Shown: piece by piece, positions 1 through 9,049 of the stretch
Position numbering within the stretch: position 1 is the stretch's first letter
Layout of the letters: each line of letters begins with the position of its first letter
Assembly (NCBI GenBank): GCA_024275975.1
Contig: JAJRYC010000038.1
Coordinates: 13,955 to 77,954 of the forward strand
Origin: Nitrospirota bacterium
GTDB lineage: Bacteria; Nitrospirota; Thermodesulfovibrionia; Thermodesulfovibrionales; UBA6898
Length of the DNA stretch: 64,000 nucleotides
Direction: 5' to 3'
The notes under the pieces: generated by a model
Seen by the model: the letters and a program-made list of their open reading frames with translations, nothing else
Databases searched by the model: none
What the model was told of the DNA's origin: nothing
Translations under genes and position numbers: made by a program

Positions 1-166
1 CCTTTTTTAACGACCTCTCGACCAGAAAGGCGGGAATTACAAGTATGAATAAGCTGACGACTATCCCGATGAAAATGGTATTTCTACGCATAAAAAAAGA
101 CCGGTTGCCGTCCATGGCTTCTTCCGGACCGTTTTTCCTGTCTGCCTTATCACCCTTTGTAGTCAC
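1..166 (-). CDS. T2SS GspM/PilO-like single-pass membrane protein, N-terminal part only (continues past window start)
   Basis: A minus-strand frame opens at GTG 166-164, just downstream of the gspL-like stop. It reads VTTKGDKADRKNGPEEAMDGNRSFFMRRNTIFIGIVVSLFILVIPAFLVERSLKK: a short charged head followed by one TM helix. Its position after gspL matches gsp operon order. Confidence 0.3.
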   Translation of the reverse strand, partial: MTTKGDKADRKNGPEEAMDGNRSFFMRRNTIFIGIVVSLFILVIPAFLVERSLKK

Positions 167-177
167 GGCATTCTCCG

Positions 178-1245
178 TCATTTCATATCCTCCGCCACCA
201 CGGTAAAACTGGTGCCGCCGTCTTCAGAGGGCTTTATATCCGAGATCGAAACACCGCTCAGAAATTCGGAAAGCGCTGACTGCATCCGTGTGATTTCATC
301 CATGGACCCGGCCTCCCCCTTCATTGTTATCATGTCCCTGTCAAGACTGATCTCATTAAATATCACTTCCGGGTTTTTCTGTGATAATTCGAGCATGAAT
401 TTGAGTGGATAAACACCCGTCAATGCCTTGTCCTTCTCCTGGATCTCCTTCAGATGTGATTTCATCTGGTACAGCTCATTGCTTATCTTTTTCTCACCTG
501 GGAAAAGGCCGGCATATACATTCCGTATCTCTCTTTTCAGTGAGGCCGTCTCCTGCTTCGCGGTCACAATCCTGAACGCAAGATCGGAATTTATCAGCAG
601 CGCCAGCAGTATCAACAGGACCACGGAGACTTTAAAGGCCTTCCCGAATTTCTCCGCGTCCTTTGTATATGCGAATATCCCCCTCCTGAGGTTTATGGTA
701 TGCGATTGAAGCTCTTCCCCGGCGGCCCTCACCCTTTCATCTTTATCTGTTTCCTCCGGGCCGGCAAGACGTTTTAGTATATCTCCGGTATCGCCCCTAA
801 TAACGGTCCGCAGACCGGTAGATGTTATTATCCTTGGGTCTATATTCAGCGATGAAAACTTCGCCAGGAGGTCCTTCAGCATATCTTTTTTCATATACGC
901 GACAAGCACATCGAACTTGTCTTCAGCTGCGCCCAGCACAATGAAATCGAATATAACACTATTCGAACCGTCTATTATCAGGGTATCAAGTTCAAATGGG
1001 ATGACATCCACAAGCTTGCTTCTGTCTGAAAAAGGAAGCCGCAATATCCTGAAATCCAGAAGCTCCACAGGAAGCCCCAGGTAAAACTCTTTGATATCGC
1101 TGAGGCTTTCAGGCAGGGAAGAAGCGCTCCCGTCTGAATATGTTATAGAGCTTTTATACTCATAACCCGCGGGACCGGCTTCGAATACATAAATTTCAAA
1201 TGCAAATCCCTCCGCCCGCAGATCGACAAAACCCTTCCTGCTCAT
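178..1245 (-). CDS. gspL: T2SS protein GspL-like (cytoplasmic domain, one TM, periplasmic domain)
   Basis: 355-aa ORF in the last-but-one operon position. A central TM (FKVSVVLLILLALLINSDLAF) separates two soluble halves. The call rests mainly on synteny after gspK. Confidence 0.55.
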   Translation of the reverse strand: MSRKGFVDLRAEGFAFEIYVFEAGPAGYEYKSSITYSDGSASSLPESLSDIKEFYLGLPVELLDFRILRLPFSDRSKLVDVIPFELDTLIIDGSNSVIFDFIVLGAAEDKFDVLVAYMKKDMLKDLLAKFSSLNIDPRIITSTGLRTVIRGDTGDILKRLAGPEETDKDERVRAAGEELQSHTINLRRGIFAYTKDAEKFGKAFKVSVVLLILLALLINSDLAFRIVTAKQETASLKREIRNVYAGLFPGEKKISNELYQMKSHLKEIQEKDKALTGVYPLKFMLELSQKNPEVIFNEISLDRDMITMKGEAGSMDEITRMQSALSEFLSGVSISDIKPSEDGGTSFTVVAEDMK

Positions 1246-1300
1246 CTCTCATCTCCTGTCGTCCCGACCGCGTCAGGTCCGGAACACCGGTAAAACTCTG

Positions 1301-2281
1301 TCATATTTCTCTCCAGTATTTGACTGTATTACTGTCACTTTTTATTTCAACAACAGCTTCAATTATCCTTCTTATCCTGTTCTCTTCAGTAACAACCACT
1401 ATGCGGAAGTTGGTGGCTTTTACAGTAATCCAGCCGGAAAGAGGGCTCAAAACCGGCTCATTACCGATGTCGGTTTCTACAAACGGCGCGATCTCTTCCC
1501 TGCGATATACAATCCATTCGGCAACGTCTTCCGTCATTTCATCGTTGAGAGACATTATAACAGGTATTGAAGCAGTATTTATATTAATATTTACGGAATT
1601 TCTTCCAATCATTCCATAGACTGTTACGTACGGCATCAGCTTTCCATAGGTCTCTTTATCTATCCCCTGTATCAGAAGCAGCTCATCAACACTGTCCATA
1701 TACGCGTTCTTGGCTCCGTCTTCCGAGTCTCTCAGTCTCGGCTCATTATCCCTGTCTATCCAGTCAGCTACCCTGGCGGCGATAGATTCGTCCAGATTCA
1801 GGTTCCTCAGCAGCCGCTTGAAGGATTCATAGGAATCATAAGAATCAGATACCCTGAGGACCGAATTAAGGTTGAGCTTTGAGTTTTCGTCCTCCGAGCT
1901 GATAAGCACGCTTCCTTCGAATCCCGTCAGAATATTGTTAACCGGCATCTCTGTTTTGGCCGGATATGTATACGCGGACAAACTTTCTCTTTCCGAGATC
2001 GTTTTTACCGCCAGGGAGACTCCGGATTTGGCGACAAACGACAATCTCTGCAAGGTTTTCCAGTTATACAGACTTTCCGTTGTTGTATGGACGCCATAGG
2101 TGAATTCGACAACAATCGCGGTTATAATCACGAGAACAAGGAGAGTAAGAACCAGCACCATGCCTTTATCGGACTTCAGGACATGAGGCCCAGGGTATGT
2201 ATTTTCAGACTCTTCCCCTTTCCTCCGCAAGGCGGGATTATCCGGCCAAAAGCGGCTACTCCTGTATTTCATTGCTTCCAC
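1301..2281 (-). CDS. gspK: T2SS minor pseudopilin GspK
   Basis: N-terminal hydrophobic helix GMVLVLTLLVLVIITAIVVEF. GspK-typical blocks are present: LNLNSV, DWIDRDNEPR, ELLLIQGIDKETYGKLMPYVTVYG, NINTASIPVIMSL. Confidence 0.75.
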   Translation of the reverse strand: MEAMKYRSSRFWPDNPALRRKGEESENTYPGPHVLKSDKGMVLVLTLLVLVIITAIVVEFTYGVHTTTESLYNWKTLQRLSFVAKSGVSLAVKTISERESLSAYTYPAKTEMPVNNILTGFEGSVLISSEDENSKLNLNSVLRVSDSYDSYESFKRLLRNLNLDESIAARVADWIDRDNEPRLRDSEDGAKNAYMDSVDELLLIQGIDKETYGKLMPYVTVYGMIGRNSVNININTASIPVIMSLNDEMTEDVAEWIVYRREEIAPFVETDIGNEPVLSPLSGWITVKATNFRIVVVTEENRIRRIIEAVVEIKSDSNTVKYWREI

Positions 2282-2904
2282 TCAATTTTCCTTCCAATTC
2301 TTGTCCTGGCGATATCCGAAATCGAAACCTGCTTTTTGTTATCACCCGTTCTTACCGCAACTGTAATCCTTACTTCTTCGGGAAAGCTCTTCGTTAAGGA
2401 ACTGTCCCATGTCCTGACCCATTTTCCGTCATATTTTGCCTCGACCGTAAACGAATCCATATCTTCTATTAACTCCATGCCTGCTGCAACTCCGCTCGGG
2501 GCATAGGCTGAGGAAACCTTCTTTTTGAGCGACAGAGTTCCCCCTTCTTCCCGGACTTCATAGCTGATCCTTGCGAGACCGGGCATTAAAGGGGAATACG
2601 CGGTGAATGTTATTCCGGATGCCTGCCTGCCGTAAAAATCCCTGTCATCAATCTTGAAGATGGTGTACTTCAGGCTGCCGGAAAAATATGACGCCTCTAT
2701 CTCCCTCTTTAATATATCCAGAACTCCACGCGCTTCCTGGAGCTGTAAAAGGGAATTGCCAACAGTGCTTACAGCCTTCTGAGACATAAAAAATGTGCTG
2801 TAAAGCGCCATAAGAATAATAGACGTTATTGCTATGGCGACCAGAACCTCTATTAGTGTAAAGCCGCCCCTGAAGATACTTTTTTTATTGTTATTCATGA
2901 TCAA
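2269..2904 (-). CDS. gspJ: T2SS minor pseudopilin GspJ
   Basis: Prepilin N-terminus MIMNNNKKSIFRGGFTLIEVLVAIAITSIILMALY. Size (211 aa) and operon position fit GspJ. Confidence 0.7.
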   Translation of the reverse strand: MIMNNNKKSIFRGGFTLIEVLVAIAITSIILMALYSTFFMSQKAVSTVGNSLLQLQEARGVLDILKREIEASYFSGSLKYTIFKIDDRDFYGRQASGITFTAYSPLMPGLARISYEVREEGGTLSLKKKVSSAYAPSGVAAGMELIEDMDSFTVEAKYDGKWVRTWDSSLTKSFPEEVRITVAVRTGDNKKQVSISDIARTRIGRKIEWKQ

Positions 2905-2911
2905 TCCATCA

Positions 2912-3220
2912 TTATTCCCTGTTTTCTATGATCAGCTCGGACAGTTCCACCTCATCCTTTCCGCTCCTGACGACCACGCCTATCTCTATCATTCCCGGGA
3001 AAGAGGATTCCAGGACTTTTGTCTCATACTGAAAGCCTGACCAGGGATCCCTGAAATAGCCGCTGCTGTCCACAGGCGATTTCTCCATCTCGTACATCTT
3101 CTCTTTCGCGAGGGTTGTGGCGATAGTAACAACACCATGTCTGTCGGCAATGCCGAGCTGGTAATTCAGTGTATAAATAAGTGTTACAAGAAGCCCTCCA
3201 ATAATGGCAAGGCTTATCAT
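2912..3220 (-). CDS. gspI: T2SS minor pseudopilin GspI-like; leader peptide lies out of frame upstream (ATG at 3267)
   Basis: The ORF begins inside the hydrophobic helix (MISLAIIGGLLVTLIY). In its own frame it is preceded by TAG-GGFTLLEV. A separate frame starting at 3267 encodes MKHAFPGR. See findings. Confidence 0.6.
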   Translation of the reverse strand: MISLAIIGGLLVTLIYTLNYQLGIADRHGVVTIATTLAKEKMYEMEKSPVDSSGYFRDPWSGFQYETKVLESSFPGMIEIGVVVRSGKDEVELSELIIENRE

Positions 3221-3465
3221 AACCTCAAGAAGCGTGAAGCCGCCCTACCCGGAAAGGCATGTTTCATGAGGCCCGGTGCAATTACTGTTACTTTTTAGTC
3301 CTCTTATCTTCATGTCCTGCATGTATTTATATGAAAGATATTAAACCGGCAATAATACAGTTTGTCATGCCGGAAATGGTTTGGCATTCGGAACCTTGGT
3401 AATAATGGAATCCTGTCATCATTACAAGGTTTTTTTTGTTGTTCCGCCCGCGAATTACACAACAT

Positions 3466-3930
3466 TCAAGACAGATCCTCTAAAACCTTTACCCTGCCGC
3501 TCAAAGGGTTAAAGACGACCGTCATGGCGGCCCCCTCATCCTTTAAAAAAAAACTGAACGCCTCCGAAGCGCCAAGAGGTCCGAAAAAGATTATCAGTTC
3601 GCCTTCCGATACCATGCCCTTTGACTGTAATTCAACTGCATAAAGGCTTTCAAATCTCCGGGTCTTTTCTCCTTCGGGGCCATTGGAGACTATCAATTTT
3701 TCCTTGAAGTCCACCCCAAGCGAAAACGTCTCCTTGGTGGATATCGCGCTGTCATTCAGGTATCTCAATACGGATGCCAGCCTCCTGGCGTCGGATTTTA
3801 TCTTCTTCTCCCGGACAACGGAGAAAGACGGGATCACCAGCGCGAGCATCATGGATATAAGAAAGATTACTACTATTATCTCTAGCAGGCTGAAGCCGGC
3901 TGCTTCTGAATTCCGCTTGGTCCGCGTCAA
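3466..3930 (-). CDS. gspH: T2SS minor pseudopilin GspH-like
   Basis: Contains AAGFSLLEIIVVIFLISMMLALVIPSF. The track ORF runs to 4011 but overlaps gspG by 68 nt. A TTG at 3930, just after the gspG stop, gives the short leader (M)TRTKRNSEAAGFSLLEI, which is the more likely start. Confidence 0.6.
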   Translation of the reverse strand: MTRTKRNSEAAGFSLLEIIVVIFLISMMLALVIPSFSVVREKKIKSDARRLASVLRYLNDSAISTKETFSLGVDFKEKLIVSNGPEGEKTRRFESLYAVELQSKGMVSEGELIIFFGPLGASEAFSFFLKDEGAAMTVVFNPLSGRVKVLEDLS

Positions 3931-3943
3931 TCGGCCAGCGATA

Positions 3944-4423
3944 TCACTCCATGTTCCAGTTTGTAATATCCGCATCCTTTCCCTCGCCGCCTTCGCTTCC
4001 GTCAGCCCCAAAGCTTATGATGTCAAAATCTCCCTGCAGTCCGGGGGAGATATATAAGTAGGGATTGCTCCAGGGATCCAGGGGGATTTTCCTGCGTTCC
4101 AGGTAGCCGCCCTCTCTGAACTTTCCCGGTATCTTACCAGTTGTAGGCTCTTCTATTAGGGCATTCAGCCCCTGCTGGGTATCAGGATAGAAGCCGTTGT
4201 CTATCTTGAAGAGTTTGAGCGCCGTCTCAAGGTTTCTTATCTGAATCTTTGCGTCGGCAACACGCGCGTCATCCGTACGACCAATGATCTTCGGCGCCAC
4301 AATCGCGACTAACAGACTGAGGATAAACACAACGACGATAATCTCGATCAGGGTAAACCCTTCCCGCTGGTTACGGCTTTTCGTAGCTTCTATATTCCAC
4401 TGCTTACGTTCTGTATTCTTCAT
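3944..4423 (-). CDS. gspG: T2SS major pseudopilin GspG
   Basis: REGFTLIEIIVVVFILSLLVAIVAPKIIGRTDDARVADAKIQIRNLETALKLFKIDNGFYP is a classic GspG N-terminal and conserved core. Confidence 0.9.
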   Translation of the reverse strand: MKNTERKQWNIEATKSRNQREGFTLIEIIVVVFILSLLVAIVAPKIIGRTDDARVADAKIQIRNLETALKLFKIDNGFYPDTQQGLNALIEEPTTGKIPGKFREGGYLERRKIPLDPWSNPYLYISPGLQGDFDIISFGADGSEGGEGKDADITNWNME

Positions 4424-4450
4424 TATTTAATAACCTCCAACATAACTATT

Positions 4451-5626
4451 TTACTTAATCAACATATTCAACTGGAATATGGGCAGCAGGACCGCCATGA
4501 CAATAAAGGCCACGGCAAGCGCCATGCATAATATCATCGCAACTTCAAAGACAGCAACAGCGTCATTTACTTTTCTGTTGAATTCATTCTCATATGAACT
4601 TGCCGCCCTGTTCAGTGTCTCGGCCAGCCTTCCGCTCCTTTCACCCGTTGCGATCAGCTGGATCAATACAGGAGAGAAGTGTTCGAGAGACGCGGAAAGG
4701 CTATGGCCCTCGGCAACTTTTTCCTCAGCGTTCAGGACCGAGTTTTCCAACACCTTATTCCCCATTGATTTCGCGGAAAGCTTCAGCGCGCTCAGCATCG
4801 GGAGACCGCCGGCGATCAGAAATTCCAGGGTCCTAGCGAACCTGGCGTAGTAGAGACTCTGGATTACATTGCCGGGCGCCCTGAGAATCATCCTGTCGAT
4901 AAAGACTCTCCTCCTCTCCAGAAATCTTTTAACCGGAAGAAACAGCGCCGCGACACTACCTATAAGCGCCCACCAGTAATTGGTGAAGACATTACTTATG
5001 AATATCAGGACGATTGTTACAAAAGGCAGTGTGCTTTCGGTGTCTTCAAATATCTTAACAATTTTAGGTATCACAAAAGTAAAGAGGAATGAGAGCACCA
5101 CAAGGCTGACACCCATCATTATTATGGGATATATCATGGCTGATCTGACCTTTGACTTAACTGCATTCCGGCTCTCCAGAAAATCAGCGAGTCTGAGGAG
5201 CACTTTGTCGAGCGTGCCGCTCTGTTCGCCCGCCTGTATCATGTTAATGTAAAATTCAGGGAAGTAATCACCAAATTCCTCCATCGCCCTGTATAGACCA
5301 GCCCCACCAGAGACCTTTTCCTTTATATCGATCAGCATATCTCTGTAAATCCCTTTGTATTCATTCGAAAGCGACTGAAGCGCCTCGATTAAAGGTACTC
5401 CGGACGCAAAGAGTATCGAAAGCTGCCTCGTCATGCCCGGGAGGAATGTCTCGTCGATCCTCTGGAAGAAATGTTTTTTATGTCTGACACGCGGCGCGGT
5501 TATATCCCGGGGAAAGACGCCTTCGGCCCTGATTTTGGCGACAGCGTCATTGAGCCCAGATGCCTCGATAATGCCCGACACATCCGCGCCTTCCGATGTA
5601 TATCCGTTATATTTGAAAACAGGCAT
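4451..5626 (-). CDS. gspF: T2SS inner-membrane platform protein GspF
   Basis: 391 aa with the duplicated GspF-type cytoplasmic domain plus TM segments. It lies between gspE and gspG. Confidence 0.9.
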   Translation of the reverse strand: MPVFKYNGYTSEGADVSGIIEASGLNDAVAKIRAEGVFPRDITAPRVRHKKHFFQRIDETFLPGMTRQLSILFASGVPLIEALQSLSNEYKGIYRDMLIDIKEKVSGGAGLYRAMEEFGDYFPEFYINMIQAGEQSGTLDKVLLRLADFLESRNAVKSKVRSAMIYPIIMMGVSLVVLSFLFTFVIPKIVKIFEDTESTLPFVTIVLIFISNVFTNYWWALIGSVAALFLPVKRFLERRRVFIDRMILRAPGNVIQSLYYARFARTLEFLIAGGLPMLSALKLSAKSMGNKVLENSVLNAEEKVAEGHSLSASLEHFSPVLIQLIATGERSGRLAETLNRAASSYENEFNRKVNDAVAVFEVAMILCMALAVAFIVMAVLLPIFQLNMLIK

Positions 5627-5719
5627 AATTCACACTGTAGATTAATGGCGATGTAATCTTTCTTTGCCGGAATATGATTCCCGCGGGCCTCGACTGATTT
5701 TTCCGGACTGAAGGCATAT

Positions 5720-7249
5720 TCATACTTCAACTATGTCTTTCTGCGTCACCCTCATAACCTCTTCAAGGGTTGTATCACCCTGTAGCACCTTATTCAGTCC
5801 GTCCAGATAAAGGGTCTTCCTGCCTTTTGAAACAGCATAATCTTTTACAGACTGCGAAGCCGTCCTGCCTGTAATCATCTGTCTCACTTCATTGTCCACG
5901 TATAAGAGTTCAAAAATTCCAGATCTTCCGAGATAACCGGTGCCTTTGCATTTATCGCATCCGGCCCCCCTGTGCAGTGTGAGCTGCGCGGACTGAATTT
6001 CAAAACCGGAAAAATATTCAGCCTCTTCCTCCGTCGGCACGTATTCCTCCCTGCAGTAAGGACATATATTTCTCACCAGCCTCTGCGCCAGGACGGCAAC
6101 GAGCGACGAAGCAACCAGGAACGGTTCCACTCCCATGTCGATAAGCCTTGTAATAGCGGATGCCGCGTCGTTTGTATGGAGTGTGGACAGGACAAGATGG
6201 CCTGTAAGGGATGCCTGAATTGCTATCTCGGCAGTCTCAAAGTCCCTTATTTCGCCGACCATTATTACGTCTGGGTCCTGTCTTAATATCGACCTGAGCC
6301 CCGAGGCGAAAGTGAGCCCTATCTTCGGATTTACATGTATCTGGCCGATACCCTTAAGCTGATACTCCACTGGGTCTTCAACGGTTATTATATTCTTCTC
6401 TTCCGTATGAATCCGGTTTAACGAGGCATACAGCGTCGTGGTCTTTCCGCTTCCGGTCGGACCCGTGACAAGTATGATGCCGTTGGTCCTGCGTAAGAAA
6501 TTCTCGAAGTCCCTCCCGTCATCACCGGTAAGTCCGAGTTCATTCAGGCTGATAAGCCCCTGTCTCCTGTCGAGCAGTCTAAGCACCGCCCTCTCCCCGA
6601 AGGAAGTCGGAACTATCGAGACCCTTATATCTATATCTTTTCCGCCGATGAGTATCCTTATGCGTCCATCCTGTGGAAGCCTCTTTTCGGCAATATCGAG
6701 GCTGGCCATAATCTTTATCCTGCTTATCAGGGCGTCCTGGATAATCTTGGGCGGGGTCAATATCCTGTGGAGCATTCCGTCCATCCTCATTCTCACGTCA
6801 AGTTCTTTTTCGTACGGTTCAATATGAATATCGCTGGCCTTCTCCTTGACAGCCTGCTGTAGAAGGGCATTGAGCAGACGTATGATAGGCGCTTCTTCCG
6901 TAAGCTCCATAAGGTCTCTGGGCTTTTCGAACTCTGTGGCGACCGCCGAAAAATCTTCGCCTGATATGCCCTCCATAACCTCTTCGGCAGAGCCTGTCTG
7001 ACCGTAAACCCTGTTAATCGCGTCAATAATAATTCCGGGCCGGGCCTTTAGAGGATATGGGTTGAGGGCATATCTCCGGGCTATTTCACGAAGCGCAAGG
7101 TATCCTCTATCATCCGCAACCGCAGCCACAAGCGAGCCGCCGGATCTTTTTATCGGCATAATCATATTATTTTTCGCGAAAGAAAGTGGGATTTCCTTGA
7201 TAAGGGAAATCTCGATCTCATCGTCATTTAGGGCATCAATCGTTTTCAT
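5720..7249 (-). CDS. gspE: T2SS ATPase GspE
   Basis: Walker A GPTGSGKTT, Asp/His boxes, and a C-terminal tetracysteine (CPYC...CDKC). 509 aa. Confidence 0.95.
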   Translation of the reverse strand: MKTIDALNDDEIEISLIKEIPLSFAKNNMIMPIKRSGGSLVAAVADDRGYLALREIARRYALNPYPLKARPGIIIDAINRVYGQTGSAEEVMEGISGEDFSAVATEFEKPRDLMELTEEAPIIRLLNALLQQAVKEKASDIHIEPYEKELDVRMRMDGMLHRILTPPKIIQDALISRIKIMASLDIAEKRLPQDGRIRILIGGKDIDIRVSIVPTSFGERAVLRLLDRRQGLISLNELGLTGDDGRDFENFLRRTNGIILVTGPTGSGKTTTLYASLNRIHTEEKNIITVEDPVEYQLKGIGQIHVNPKIGLTFASGLRSILRQDPDVIMVGEIRDFETAEIAIQASLTGHLVLSTLHTNDAASAITRLIDMGVEPFLVASSLVAVLAQRLVRNICPYCREEYVPTEEEAEYFSGFEIQSAQLTLHRGAGCDKCKGTGYLGRSGIFELLYVDNEVRQMITGRTASQSVKDYAVSKGRKTLYLDGLNKVLQGDTTLEEVMRVTQKDIVEV

Positions 7250-7306
7250 GCTATCCTATCAATATTTGTTGAAACAGGCATGCAATATACCGATGTCATG
7301 TCTCCA

Positions 7307-9013
7307 TCATCTCTTTTTTGACCGCATCGCCTTCATTTTATAGTTAGGCTCTGCGTATTCCACTTCAGGTATGAGCGAAAATTCCCGGATAGCGTCTTCC
7401 ACAGTCCGCCCTTCCCCAAGCTTTACAAGATAAACCCTGACATGTTTCATGACCTTAATTACAGACCCGCCTTCCTGGGCGATTATCTCCTCTGCCGCGT
7501 CATTTGTGACGCCTTCCATGAATTTGACCAGAATCTCTCCCTCTACATACTGATTCTCCACTTTAGCGAACTCCTTCTGTTTGCTCTTTGTAATCGAACC
7601 GAGACCCTCCGCGTCCTTGATGACATGTGGGGTGATAAAGATCAAAAGGTTCGTCTTTTTCTTCGAGACGCTTTTGGTCTTAAACAGCCATCCCAGAACA
7701 GGGATATCACCGAGAATAGGCACCTTGGCAAGGTTTTCCTCGTCCCTCTCTTCCATCAGGCCGCCGATTACTACTGTCTGGTTGTCCTTCACAACAACTG
7801 ATGTTCGAGTCGAGCGCTTTGTGGTCGATGGACCGACACTTATAAGGATATCATCGCTGGCGTCCTGCTTTACCGACGATATCTCCTGGTATATATCGAG
7901 CTTTACATAATCTCCCTTCGTAATCTGGGGCGTTATCCTGAGTGTTATTCCGACATCCTTTCTCTCTATCGAGCTTAGGACGGTATTCGCGGTCGTGATG
8001 TCCCGCTCTCTCTTTGAGATGAAGGGCACATTTTCACCGACGATAATCTCCGCCTCCTGGTTGTCCGATGTTAGCAGTTGAGGCGTCGAAAGAACGTTTA
8101 CCGCGCCCCGAAACTCATTCATGCTAAAGAGAGCGGCGAACCCAGGGACGGAAAGAGTTGATTCCACAAGAGACCCATTTGCGTCTATTGTCGTCATGGG
8201 GATATCGAAGTAATTACCCATGCCTCCTCCCGTAAGACCGGTCAACCCGTAGATCAGTGACTGCAGAGCAGACCCATCCATCGTCCCGAATCCTCCTATT
8301 CCGATCGGCTCTCCATTATGAGTCCCCATCACCCTCCATTTTGTCCCGAGTTCCCTTAATTTATCAATTGACGCCTCCACAATCATCGCCTCGACAAATA
8401 CCTGCCTTCTCCTCTTGTCAAGTTGTTTTATGACGCGCACCAGATTTTGATAATCCGAGGGTGACGCAACGATCACCAGGGAATTCGTCGCCTCATCGGC
8501 AGTAATATTTATACCACCGGCTGACTCGAACGGGGTCATCGCCACCCCCCCCTTTTTTGTCTTTTTCCGGGGCGACGCGCCTTTTATTATTCGTGACAGC
8601 ACTTCCGCCAGTTCAGTGGCGTCGGCATTTTCAAGTGTATAGACATTTATCATCCCCTGCGCATCCGGAGAAGGCACGTCAATCGCCGCAATGAGGGATT
8701 TCATCGATTCTCTCCTGCCTTTATCACCAAAGAGTATAACAGCGTTCAGTCTCTGGTCGGCCACTGCCTTTGTCTTTTTCATCCTGGACTGCTTCCCGGG
8801 CGCACCCCTTGCCCTGCTCTGTCCGATGCCTTCATTAATCATCTTCGCGACTGCGTCAGCGCTCGAAAACCTGAGGAAAACAATATCCGGCTCCTCCCTC
8901 AATGAAGGCTGGTCTATTGCATCAATAATCGAGAGTACTTTTTCAATATTAAGCCCTGAATCTATTACAAGAAGCATATTGCCCGGCCCAAAGTCAGAGA
9001 CATAGCCGTTCAT
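7307..9013 (-). CDS. gspD: Secretin GspD, N1-to-C-terminal portion (same gene and frame as 9050-9511), with an extra C-terminal domain
   Basis: Secretin-core blocks VLSTPQLLTSDNQEAEIIVGENVPF, VVIGGLMEE, VPILGDIPVLGWLFK, NLLIFITPHVI. The start at 9013 is in frame with the upstream ORF across two TAG codons. Confidence 0.9.
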   Translation of the reverse strand: MNGYVSDFGPGNMLLVIDSGLNIEKVLSIIDAIDQPSLREEPDIVFLRFSSADAVAKMINEGIGQSRARGAPGKQSRMKKTKAVADQRLNAVILFGDKGRRESMKSLIAAIDVPSPDAQGMINVYTLENADATELAEVLSRIIKGASPRKKTKKGGVAMTPFESAGGINITADEATNSLVIVASPSDYQNLVRVIKQLDKRRRQVFVEAMIVEASIDKLRELGTKWRVMGTHNGEPIGIGGFGTMDGSALQSLIYGLTGLTGGGMGNYFDIPMTTIDANGSLVESTLSVPGFAALFSMNEFRGAVNVLSTPQLLTSDNQEAEIIVGENVPFISKRERDITTANTVLSSIERKDVGITLRITPQITKGDYVKLDIYQEISSVKQDASDDILISVGPSTTKRSTRTSVVVKDNQTVVIGGLMEERDEENLAKVPILGDIPVLGWLFKTKSVSKKKTNLLIFITPHVIKDAEGLGSITKSKQKEFAKVENQYVEGEILVKFMEGVTNDAAEEIIAQEGGSVIKVMKHVRVYLVKLGEGRTVEDAIREFSLIPEVEYAEPNYKMKAMRSKKR

Positions 9014-9049
9014 CTATACAATCGGTTTTATCAGCCTGAGGGCATCGTC

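Noticed and set aside
3362-3643. 93-aa plus-strand ORF in the gspH-gspI spacer
   Set aside because: Half of it is antisense to gspH and the rest translates the repeat element. It has no RBS.
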